The notes under the pieces are model-generated. The model was not told the origin of the DNA. It did no database searches and saw only the letters and a program-made list of their open reading frames with translations. DNA of 64,000 bases from Bacteroidota bacterium (GTDB lineage: Bacteria > Bacteroidota > JABWAT01), in NCBI GenBank assembly GCA_023151185.1, contig JAKLJL010000008.1:15508-79507 (forward strand). Reading direction: 5' to 3'. Of this stretch, positions 36,732 to 44,340 are shown piece by piece (the first letter of the stretch is position 1; each line of letters begins with the position of its first letter). The position numbers and the translations under genes are program-made.

Positions 36732-37703
36732 TTATTTTCCCGGATCCTGTGCCGGAGAATCAAGTGTCTGGCGGATTTCAAATTTCAGGTTTTCGGATTG
36801 GGACGACCGGAACAGGGATTCCAGTTTTTCCCGTGCACCGGCCTCTGGCAGCCGAAGCCGGTGATATCTGAATTCGGCATCTTCGGCATCTGACACCCGG
36901 CTGAGTTGTCTGAACATTTCGGAGGCCCTGAAATACCCGGAAAGAGCCAGGTCAGGCTTACCGAGTTTTTCATGCGTCTGGGCAATTCCCAAAACATCAT
37001 CAGCGAGTCCCCGCAAATTTTCAAGTTTCTGGTCTTCCTGATAGGCCAGTTCATAAAATGGGAGTGCCTTTTTATACTCAGCAGTGGCATAATAGGCCCA
37101 GCCGGTCAGGTAGGCACAATACGAAAGGGCATACGGGTCATCCAACGGCTGGTCTTCGGCAAGATCAGCCATATCCTCAACTGCCGACTCCAGTTCATCC
37201 CGTTCATCCTCAAAGTCCTGACGCAGCCGGTCCCGTGACAACAGCCGGTAGGCCCAGATCTGCCCGGTAATTTCGGGAGAAGCTTTGATATTTTTAGGTT
37301 CCAGTTTTAGTACTGAATCGGGGTTACCCGCAAGGAATAGCTGCTCGGTCCTGATCAGCAGCAACCCTGAGGCCAGTTCAGGGTGATAAACCGAAACCAG
37401 GTTTCCTGCATTGGTCATCCAGGTTTCGGCTCTTTCCGGGTCTTTGAGCAACAGATACTGGCGGGCTACTGCCAGACTGGACCTGATTTTTCCTTTCAGG
37501 TCATCAACCTGGGTAAACAACCCATAAGCGGTTTCAAAATGTCGGACAGCCACCTGATTTTCTCCCCGGACATCAAACCGGATTCCTTTCAGCATTTCAT
37601 CCCGGGCAATCCGGACAGATTCAGAAGATCTGGGCTGGCCTTCGGGCAGTGAAGAACACCCGGTTGCAAGTATCAGCAAAAGCGGAAATAAGTGACGTTT
37701 CAT
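36732..37703 (-). CDS. TPR-like repeat lipoprotein, function unknown (last gene of the mla-like operon)
   Basis: Lipobox ..LATGC. The protein is helical-repeat rich (A/L/Y/E) and overlaps mlaD by 4 nt. Confidence 0.65.
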   Translation of the reverse strand: MKRHLFPLLLILATGCSSLPEGQPRSSESVRIARDEMLKGIRFDVRGENQVAVRHFETAYGLFTQVDDLKGKIRSSLAVARQYLLLKDPERAETWMTNAGNLVSVYHPELASGLLLIRTEQLFLAGNPDSVLKLEPKNIKASPEITGQIWAYRLLSRDRLRQDFEDERDELESAVEDMADLAEDQPLDDPYALSYCAYLTGWAYYATAEYKKALPFYELAYQEDQKLENLRGLADDVLGIAQTHEKLGKPDLALSGYFRASEMFRQLSRVSDAEDAEFRYHRLRLPEAGAREKLESLFRSSQSENLKFEIRQTLDSPAQDPGK

Positions 37704-38764
37704 TTGGTGTGTTTCGGCCGTTGTTTGGTTCCCTGAACATCCTGTTCAGATTCTTTTGAAATTCCGCCTCTGATCAGCGGGTTGTTATTGATGCCTTCGA
37801 GTGTTTTCTGGGCAGAATTCAGGGTGGTTTTTCCCTCACTGATCATCCCGGAAATTTCGGGCTGCTGACTGTTGATAAAGGCCAGTAATTCGGTGGCTTC
37901 CCGGAGAGTTACATTCAGGTTATCGAGAGTCTGCCGGATGGGTTTAACAAAATTTTCGCCGGCCGGATCGGCCAGTTTCACTGCAAGCCCTTCGGGTTTT
38001 GAATAGGCAGTCAGAAGGGAATCTGAACTTGCCAGCGTTTTGTTCAGGATAGTAACGGTGGTCTGAAGCTGTTCTGTGAGATTGGCCAGATTATTGACCG
38101 ACCGGAACAGGGCCCCGTCCTGCGGATTATTGTCCTTGTTCAGGCGTTCAAACGTCAGGGTAATCATCCCCATGGTTTCATCCAGTTTTTCACTGGCATC
38201 CGCCAGGTTCACCAGTGCACGGAACAAAGCCCCGGCCCGTTCATTATTATCCCGGTTCAGATTTTCAAGCAGGCGGTCAGTATTCACCAGCATCGAGGAA
38301 ATGACATCGCCGGTTTTGGTGACAAGCCCTTCATCCAGCAGTTTACGGCCTTCCGGAATGTCGATGGCGGGAATAAGACCGCCTTCCGGTAAAATTCGGT
38401 CGGGATCAGGACCCTGCAGCAATTCGATGGTGCTGGTACCCGAAATCGGATTTTTTGCTTTATTCAGGGCAGAATTCTCAACAATTTTTGTCCGGTATTC
38501 TTCGACGACGGTAAAGTCGGCATCGATCATGTTTTCATCGTTCAGCCTGAAGGAAATGATCCGCCCGATTTCATATCCCTTAAACCGGATTGGTGTTGAG
38601 GTCGAAAGTCCCTCCGCATCGAGGAACCGGGCTTTAAACGTATATTTTTTGACAAAAACCTTTTGCTGAATGGCAATCAGGACCACGCTGGTGACCAGCA
38701 TGCCCAGAGCAACCAGAATAAAGGCTCCGACGATCCGGTTGGTGTATTTGAATTTAAATTTCAT
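37700..38764 (-). CDS. mlaD: MlaD/MCE-domain protein with a long helical C-terminal extension
   Basis: N-terminal TM anchor and an MCE fold (..FKGYEIGRIISFRL.. ). It follows mlaE and mlaF. The C-terminal half carries repeated ..N..LE.L.. helices. Confidence 0.85.
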   Translation of the reverse strand: MKFKFKYTNRIVGAFILVALGMLVTSVVLIAIQQKVFVKKYTFKARFLDAEGLSTSTPIRFKGYEIGRIISFRLNDENMIDADFTVVEEYRTKIVENSALNKAKNPISGTSTIELLQGPDPDRILPEGGLIPAIDIPEGRKLLDEGLVTKTGDVISSMLVNTDRLLENLNRDNNERAGALFRALVNLADASEKLDETMGMITLTFERLNKDNNPQDGALFRSVNNLANLTEQLQTTVTILNKTLASSDSLLTAYSKPEGLAVKLADPAGENFVKPIRQTLDNLNVTLREATELLAFINSQQPEISGMISEGKTTLNSAQKTLEGINNNPLIRGGISKESEQDVQGTKQRPKHTK

Positions 38765-38794
38765 GGTCGTTCTGCCTGAAAATAAAATGTCGTG

Positions 38795-39535
38795 TTAATC
38801 GAGATGCAGCAGTTCCCGGGTAACCGGGTTTTGGGAGTGTTTTAACCGGGCCGGAGGGGCATCTTCCAGAACCGTCCCGTCTTTGAAAATCAGAATCCGG
38901 TCGCAGAGCAGTTCAAATTTTCCCAGGCTCTGGGCACAGAGGATGACAGTGGTTTTCTTTTGTTTCAGTTCCTGCAGTTCCCGCAGGAGCAGTCGGACCG
39001 AGGCCTGGTCGACTGAGGCTAACGGTTCATCGATCAGTACAATTTCAGGTTCAGTGACGATAGCCCTGATGAAACCGGCCAGCTTTTTCTGGGCCTGGGA
39101 TAATTCTGCAGGCCGTTTATCCCGGATGTCCGAAAGGGAATATTTGGTCAGATACCGCTGAATCAAATCGACCTTTCCGGACCGGTCCCGGTCCGGAAAA
39201 TGAAAATCGAGGGGCAGAAGCAGGTTCTCAAGGACGGTCAGATTCGACAGCAGGGCTCCATCCTGAAAGACAAAGGAAACCCGCCGCCGGATTGATTTTT
39301 CTTCGGGCTCTGAACTCTGTTCTGTGTTGACCCCGTCGATGAAAACCGATCCGGAATCCGGAAAAAGAATCCCCCCGATAATTTTAAGAAAAATGGTTTT
39401 CCCTGAACCTGAACCGCCCAGAATGACCGAAAAGCTGCCTCTTTCGAAGGAAACCGACAGATTTTCGAGATGGGTTTTCCCGCCGTGAGTGAAGAAAATT
39501 TCTTCCAGGTCCAGATGAGGGTGATCAGATGACAT
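38795..39535 (-). CDS. mlaF: ABC transporter ATP-binding protein (MlaF-like)
   Basis: Walker A GGSGSGKT, signature-like LSQAQKKLAG (degenerate versus LSGGQ), and Walker B VLIDEP. Confidence 0.85.
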   Translation of the reverse strand: MSSDHPHLDLEEIFFTHGGKTHLENLSVSFERGSFSVILGGSGSGKTIFLKIIGGILFPDSGSVFIDGVNTEQSSEPEEKSIRRRVSFVFQDGALLSNLTVLENLLLPLDFHFPDRDRSGKVDLIQRYLTKYSLSDIRDKRPAELSQAQKKLAGFIRAIVTEPEIVLIDEPLASVDQASVRLLLRELQELKQKKTTVILCAQSLGKFELLCDRILIFKDGTVLEDAPPARLKHSQNPVTRELLHLD

Positions 39536-40316
39536 AAAAAGCTGTTGTGAGCAAAATATCCAGAATTATAACCCAGGTCAGAGACTGAACCACCGCCTTG
39601 ATGGTTCTTTGGGGGACTTCGGTCGAAGCAAAAGCAACTTTCATCCCCTGGTAGCAGGCAATCGTCCCGATGGCAAATCCAAAAATGATACTTTTGGTGA
39701 AGGAGGAAAATACGTCAACAACCTGGAGTTCGCTGAGGAGGCCGGTGTAAAAATCTTCAAGGCCAATGGGGAAAAACGCATAAGATACCGCCCAGCCACC
39801 GATCAGACCAATAATATTAAAGTAAATGGTGAGGGTCAGCATGGCCGCAACGACCCCAAAAACCCGGGGAACCACCAAATAGGAAAGCGGTGAAATCCCG
39901 ATAGACTGAAGGGCTTCAATTTCATGATTTACAATCATATTTCCCAGTTCGGTAGAGATGGCGGTTCCCGACCGGGCGATAATGATAAAGGCTACCAGCA
40001 GGCTCGAAAGTTCCCTGACGATCACGGTCACCAAAATAACGTTCAGCAACTGGCCCTGGCCGAAATCACCCAAAACCAGATGTCCTTCGATAATGATAAG
40101 TCCGCCAATGGCGGCTGCGATCAGTGAAATCAGAGTCAGGGCTTCAAAACCGGTGAACAGGATCTGGCGCATCAGAACGAGGGTGGCAACCTGCCGCTGG
40201 CGGGCAAAGAGAAACATCTGCCGGATGGATTCCCCGAAAAAATGGAGAAACTCCCGAAAATCGGATGTTTTCTCGGCGAACCTTTTCCCTAAACTGTCTG
40301 CAATCTGAACCAGCAT
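39525..40316 (-). CDS. mlaE: ABC permease MlaE family
   Basis: A polytopic membrane protein with ..ARSGTAISTELGNM.. ..EIEAL.S.GI.P.. . The ATG at 40316 has a GGAGG 13 nt upstream; the ORF-track start at 40334 is a TTG. Confidence 0.88.
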   Translation of the reverse strand: MLVQIADSLGKRFAEKTSDFREFLHFFGESIRQMFLFARQRQVATLVLMRQILFTGFEALTLISLIAAAIGGLIIIEGHLVLGDFGQGQLLNVILVTVIVRELSSLLVAFIIIARSGTAISTELGNMIVNHEIEALQSIGISPLSYLVVPRVFGVVAAMLTLTIYFNIIGLIGGWAVSYAFFPIGLEDFYTGLLSELQVVDVFSSFTKSIIFGFAIGTIACYQGMKVAFASTEVPQRTIKAVVQSLTWVIILDILLTTAFYVI

Positions 40317-40434
40317 GCCTTGGTGCCCCTCCAACCTGGAGTAAAAATAAGCAATCGGCTGTTATTTCGGTACGGTGCACTGTTATTTTTGCAGTCAGAC
40401 ACAGGAATTGCTTAACTTTTTTTGGAGAACCGGC

Positions 40435-41196
40435 ATGAAACTGATATCCTGGAATGTGAACGGAATCCGGGCTGTGCAGAAAAAGGGATTTATTGACTGG
40501 GTGAAACGGGAAAACCCGGACGTTCTGGGCATTCAGGAGACCAAAGCTCATCCCGACCAGCTTGATCAGGATCTGCTCGAAATACCGGGTTACTCGGTTT
40601 GGTTTGATTCTGCCGAGAAAAAAGGATATTCGGGCACGGCTGTTTACACCAAAATAAAACCGGACTCTGTGACCACCGGGCTTGGAAACCCGAAATTTGA
40701 CACTGAAGGCCGGACGGTCCGGGTTGAATTCAAAGACTTTACCTTTTTCAATATTTACTTTCCAAATGGGGGCCGCGGGGATGACCGTGTCGCATTCAAG
40801 CTGGAATTTTATGACGAATTTCTGCGGATTTGTGAAGATCTCAGGAAACAGGGCCGGCCGGTGATTGCCTGCGGTGATTATAATACTGCCCACAGGGAAA
40901 TAGATCTGGCCCGTCCTAAAGAAAATCAGAAAACGTCAGGATTTATGCCGGTCGAACGGGCCTGGCTGGATAAATATGTTGGCCTGGGATACCTGGATAC
41001 TTTCCGGGAATTTGATTCTTCACCAGAAAAATACACCTGGTGGGATCAACGGTTTAACAGCCGGGAACGAAACACCGGCTGGCGGATTGATTACTTTTTT
41101 GTTACCCCCGACCTGAGGCCCCGTCTTAAAAAGGCCTTCATTCTGGCAGATGTTATGGGGTCGGATCATTGCCCGGTCGGTATTGAAATCGAATAA
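40435..41196 (+). CDS. xth: exodeoxyribonuclease III (AP endonuclease)
   Basis: MKLISWNVNGIRA.., ..LGIQETK.., ..GDYNTAH..ID.. ..YTWWD.R.. ..GWRIDYF.. ..GSDHCPV.. . The ATG at 40435 matches the family N-terminus. Confidence 0.95.
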   Translation: MKLISWNVNGIRAVQKKGFIDWVKRENPDVLGIQETKAHPDQLDQDLLEIPGYSVWFDSAEKKGYSGTAVYTKIKPDSVTTGLGNPKFDTEGRTVRVEFKDFTFFNIYFPNGGRGDDRVAFKLEFYDEFLRICEDLRKQGRPVIACGDYNTAHREIDLARPKENQKTSGFMPVERAWLDKYVGLGYLDTFREFDSSPEKYTWWDQRFNSRERNTGWRIDYFFVTPDLRPRLKKAFILADVMGSDHCPVGIEIE

Positions 41197-41219
41197 CCCA
41201 AAAAGAAAGGCAACAGAGC

Positions 41220-41882
41220 ATGGGACTTAAAATTCTGGTGACCGGTGTTACCGGCATGGTTGGTGAAGGTGTGGCTCATGTTTGTCTGAACCACCCCGGA
41301 GTTGACTCGGTGGTGGTTCTGGGCCGCCGGACCTCCGGCATCCGTCACCCGAAACTAAAGGAAATTCTTCATTCCGATTTTTCGGATTTTTCTTCCCTGA
41401 AGGATCAGCTAACGGGTTTGGATGGCTGTTTTTTCTGCCTCGGAGTTTCTTCGCTGTCAGTTTCTGAAGAGGAGTACGTTAAAATTACCCACGGGCTGAC
41501 GCTGGCCCTTGCCCAACCCCTTTCAGAGCTGAATCCGGAGATGACCTTCTGTTATGTCTCAGGTGCCGGCACCGACAGCACTGAGAAAGGGAAAGTCCGG
41601 TGGGCCCGGGTGAAAGGCAAAACTGAAAATGATCTCATGAGCCTTCCGTTCCGGCAGGTGTTTGCCTTCCGTCCGGCCCTGATCTCGCCGCTGGCGGGCA
41701 TGAAAAACACCTACAAATCCTACAAAATTCTGGCGCCGCTGCTTCCGGTTATCCGTCTGATCTACCCGAACGGAATCTGTTCACTAGAAGAAATCGGGCT
41801 GGCCATGATTCACTCGGTAACCAGGGGATATCCGTCCCGGGTTCTGGAAGTCAGGGACATCAGGACACTGGCCCGCCGATGA
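41220..41882 (+). CDS. NAD(P)-binding Rossmann protein (atypical SDR/epimerase-like)
   Basis: The N-terminal ..ILVTGVTGMVGEGV.. dinucleotide-binding motif. Length is 220 aa. Confidence 0.75.
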   Translation: MGLKILVTGVTGMVGEGVAHVCLNHPGVDSVVVLGRRTSGIRHPKLKEILHSDFSDFSSLKDQLTGLDGCFFCLGVSSLSVSEEEYVKITHGLTLALAQPLSELNPEMTFCYVSGAGTDSTEKGKVRWARVKGKTENDLMSLPFRQVFAFRPALISPLAGMKNTYKSYKILAPLLPVIRLIYPNGICSLEEIGLAMIHSVTRGYPSRVLEVRDIRTLARR

Positions 41883-41992
41883 TTACCGGATCCGGTCTTT
41901 TATTTCACCGGGGAATCTCTCATTTTTACCGGAGTGAATTTTTTACTCCGTTACCGTGTTCCTGAAGTTAAAATGGACATTCAGAAAGAAGT

Positions 41993-42856
41993 ATGAGTTA
42001 CCGAGACCCTTATAATCCCTTTGGCGGCGGGTTTACCTACATGCCGCCGGTGATCAAGAACCTGCTGATTATCAACATTGCTGTTTTTGTCGTTACTTTT
42101 CTGGCTTACGGCGGGAATACCCAGAATTTCTTCTACGGTATTTTTGCTCTCTGGTCGCTGGATTCCGGCATGTTTATGCCCTGGCAACTGGTCACCTATA
42201 TGTTTATGCATGGCGGCTTTATGCATATTCTGTTCAACATGTTCGGACTCTGGATGTTCGGTGTTGAACTTGAAAATTACTGGGGAAGCAAGCGGTTCCT
42301 GACTTATTATATGATTACCGGAGTCGGGGCCGGACTTCTGCACCTGGGTATTCAGTTTTTCGAAGGTTCGGGCGGACTAACGGTCGGTGCCTCCGGGGCG
42401 ATCTACGGGGTTCTGCTTGCTTTCGGAATGATGTTTCCGAACCGGATTATTTTCGTTTCCCTGCTGATCCCGATGCCGGCGAAATATTTTGTTCTCCTGT
42501 ACGGTGCCATTGAACTTTTCAGCGGACTTACCCGGGCCAATACCGGTGTTGCCCACTTTGCTCACCTGGGGGGCATGATCTGGGGATTTTTCCTGATTAA
42601 ATACTGGCAGGGCGGCGGCGATTTCAGCCGGTGGTGGAAAAAAATCACTGCCGGTCTTCAATCAGCCAAACCCAAAACTCCGCCTCCCGGCGGGAATGCC
42701 AGAATTTATGACTTTTATGAGGAAACCCGGCAGACCAAACCGCAGACCGATGCGCAGCGGCTCGATGAAATCCTGGATAAAATTGCTGAAAAGGGATATT
42801 CGGGACTTACCGCAGAGGAAAAAGATTTTCTCTTTACCTACAGCCGGAAAAATTAA
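41993..42856 (+). CDS. rhomboid-family intramembrane serine protease
   Basis: ..HGGFMHILFNMF.., the catalytic ..GASGAIYG.. and ..AHLGG.. . It has six or more TM segments and a C-terminal cytoplasmic tail. Confidence 0.9.
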   Translation: MSYRDPYNPFGGGFTYMPPVIKNLLIINIAVFVVTFLAYGGNTQNFFYGIFALWSLDSGMFMPWQLVTYMFMHGGFMHILFNMFGLWMFGVELENYWGSKRFLTYYMITGVGAGLLHLGIQFFEGSGGLTVGASGAIYGVLLAFGMMFPNRIIFVSLLIPMPAKYFVLLYGAIELFSGLTRANTGVAHFAHLGGMIWGFFLIKYWQGGGDFSRWWKKITAGLQSAKPKTPPPGGNARIYDFYEETRQTKPQTDAQRLDEILDKIAEKGYSGLTAEEKDFLFTYSRKN

Positions 42857-42861
42857 CCCCG

Positions 42862-42890
42862 AACCCGGGCCAGCGATTCTATTTTATGAC
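42862..42890 (+). repeat. left copy of a 29-bp imperfect direct repeat flanking the TA cassette
   Basis: aacccgggccAgcgattctAttttatgac. It is identical at 27 of 29 positions to 43943-43971. Confidence 0.85.
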
Positions 42891-42968
42891 CACTTGAAAA
42901 AGTGAGGCAAACTACAGACATTTGTTCTGTTTATTGAGACAGATGTCTACCGAGAATGTTGGATCAAA

Positions 42969-43466
42969 ATGAAACCTGTACCCAGTCAAGTCAGACTAAA
43001 CAAGGAAATAAACCGCTATTTCCTTGCTCTGAGGGATAAAACGGCCCTCTCCGTTACTGAATCCGGAATAACCTATTCCGATTTTTTAGCCAATAAGCTA
43101 TTGGTGATTTTGGCAATCCGGAACGGAATTCCCTTTCATCTGTTCAGTCTGATCAAAGACCAGACACCCTTTTCTGAGACAGATTGGGCCGACCTGTTAA
43201 ACATTTCGGTCAAATCGCTTCAGCGGTATAAACAGGAAGCAGACCACTGTTTTAAACCTGCCCATTCCGAGAAAATTATTGAAATTGCTGAAGTTACACA
43301 GGCGGGACTTGAAGTGTTCGGTTCCGTTGAAAAGTTAAGTGCCTGGCTCGGGACACCTAATTTTGCTTTAGCCGGGATGAAGCCGCAGGATCTTTTAAAG
43401 GATTCATACGGAAAGGATCTGGTTCTCTCAGAACTTACCCGGATCAGTCACGGAATTTTTGCCTGA
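42969..43466 (+). CDS. type II antitoxin, Xre-like with a DUF2384 (MbcA/ParS-type) toxin-binding domain
   Basis: The C-terminal ..VFGSVEKLSAWLGTPNFALAGMKPQDLL.. ..G.DLVLSELTRISHGIFA is characteristic of DUF2384. It lies immediately upstream of a RES-domain gene; the stop and the next start abut. Confidence 0.85.
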   Translation: MKPVPSQVRLNKEINRYFLALRDKTALSVTESGITYSDFLANKLLVILAIRNGIPFHLFSLIKDQTPFSETDWADLLNISVKSLQRYKQEADHCFKPAHSEKIIEIAEVTQAGLEVFGSVEKLSAWLGTPNFALAGMKPQDLLKDSYGKDLVLSELTRISHGIFA

Positions 43467-43937
43467 ATGTTTTGCTACCGGCTTTCACGTGAGAAGTTTG
43501 CAGCTCCGCTTTCCGGCAAGGGTGCTGCACTGAAAGGGGGCAGATGGAACTCACCCGGAACGGAACTAATTTATTCGGCAGAGAACCGGTCTTTGCCAAT
43601 GGCTGAGGTTGCTGTTCATTTTTCAATTTCTACACTTCCGGATGATTTTGTGATGCTCACGCTCGAAATTCCCGATGAGCTGAGTCTGACCGGTATAATG
43701 CCTGAAACACTCCCCAATGGCTGGAATACGTTTCCGCCCCCACTTTTCTGCCAGAAAATCGGAGATCAATTTGTTGCTGACTGCCGGTTCTGCCTTCTGA
43801 AGGTTCCGTCAGCGGTTACCCGCGGGGATTTTAATATCCTCATCAACCCCGGGCACCCGGAATTTTCCAGGATCAGGATCCTTAAAACAGAAAAATTTCC
43901 TTTCGACCGCCGGTTGTTCGCTGATGACCTGGTTTGA
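43467..43937 (+). CDS. RES-domain toxin (MbcT/ParT-like NAD+-targeting family)
   Basis: ..GKGAALKGGRWNSPG..IYSAEN.SLPMAEV.. and ..LKVPSAVTRGDFNILINPGHPEF.. supply the R, E and S signature positions. Confidence 0.88.
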   Translation: MFCYRLSREKFAAPLSGKGAALKGGRWNSPGTELIYSAENRSLPMAEVAVHFSISTLPDDFVMLTLEIPDELSLTGIMPETLPNGWNTFPPPLFCQKIGDQFVADCRFCLLKVPSAVTRGDFNILINPGHPEFSRIRILKTEKFPFDRRLFADDLV

Positions 43938-43938
43938 C

Positions 43939-44337
43939 ATGAAACCCGGGCCGGCGATTCTTTTTTATGACGGAACCTGCCCGCTGTGTCATTTCTTGGT
44001 TCGCCTGATTTTGAACTCAGACAGGAAGAAAACCCTTCTTTTTGCTCCGCTTCAGGGAAAATCGGCCCTCGGTCTGCCTCTTTCTGCTGCCGGCAGTCTG
44101 CCTGATTCGGTCATCCTTTTTCAGGACGGACGGGTTTACACCGCTTCTTCTGCCATTTTCAGAATCTTCAGATATCTGGGACGGGGCTGGCTTTTCCTTT
44201 CTGTATTCCGGATTTTGCCGGTCCGGTTTACCGATTACCTTTACCGGGTGATTGCCCGTAACCGGACTGCCTGGTTTGGCCGGTATCCGGAATGCCGGCT
44301 GCCACAGGAGAATGAAGCTCACCGTTTTCTGGATTAA
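43939..44337 (+). CDS. DCC1-like thiol-disulfide oxidoreductase (DUF393)
   Basis: ..ILFYDGTCPLCHFLVRLIL..D is the CxxC motif of the DCC family. The ATG at 43939 lies just after the RES gene stop. Confidence 0.8.
   Translation: MKPGPAILFYDGTCPLCHFLVRLILNSDRKKTLLFAPLQGKSALGLPLSAAGSLPDSVILFQDGRVYTASSAIFRIFRYLGRGWLFLSVFRILPVRFTDYLYRVIARNRTAWFGRYPECRLPQENEAHRFLD
43943..43971 (+). repeat. right copy of the 29-bp direct repeat (codons 2-11 of the DCC-family gene)
   Basis: aacccgggccGgcgattctTttttatgac. Confidence 0.85.
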
Positions 44338-44340
44338 GCT

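Noticed and set aside
40144-40893. A 249-aa minus-strand ORF spanning the mlaE-xth intergenic region and the xth 5' half.
   Set aside because: xth on the plus strand matches the ExoIII family end to end. The antisense product is Arg/Pro/Phe-rich with no motifs and would run through a divergent promoter region.
41885-41896. The palindrome accggatccggt followed by cttttatttc after the SDR-like gene, considered as a possible terminator.
   Set aside because: The stem is too short (at most 5 bp with essentially no loop) to call with confidence.
42696-42905. A 69-aa ORF ending ..PEPGPAILFYDHLKK downstream of, and overlapping, the rhomboid gene.
   Set aside because: It is not a gene. Its C-terminus is simply the left copy of the 29-bp repeat, a pseudo-5'-end of the DCC gene. 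It is retained as evidence in the TA-cassette finding.
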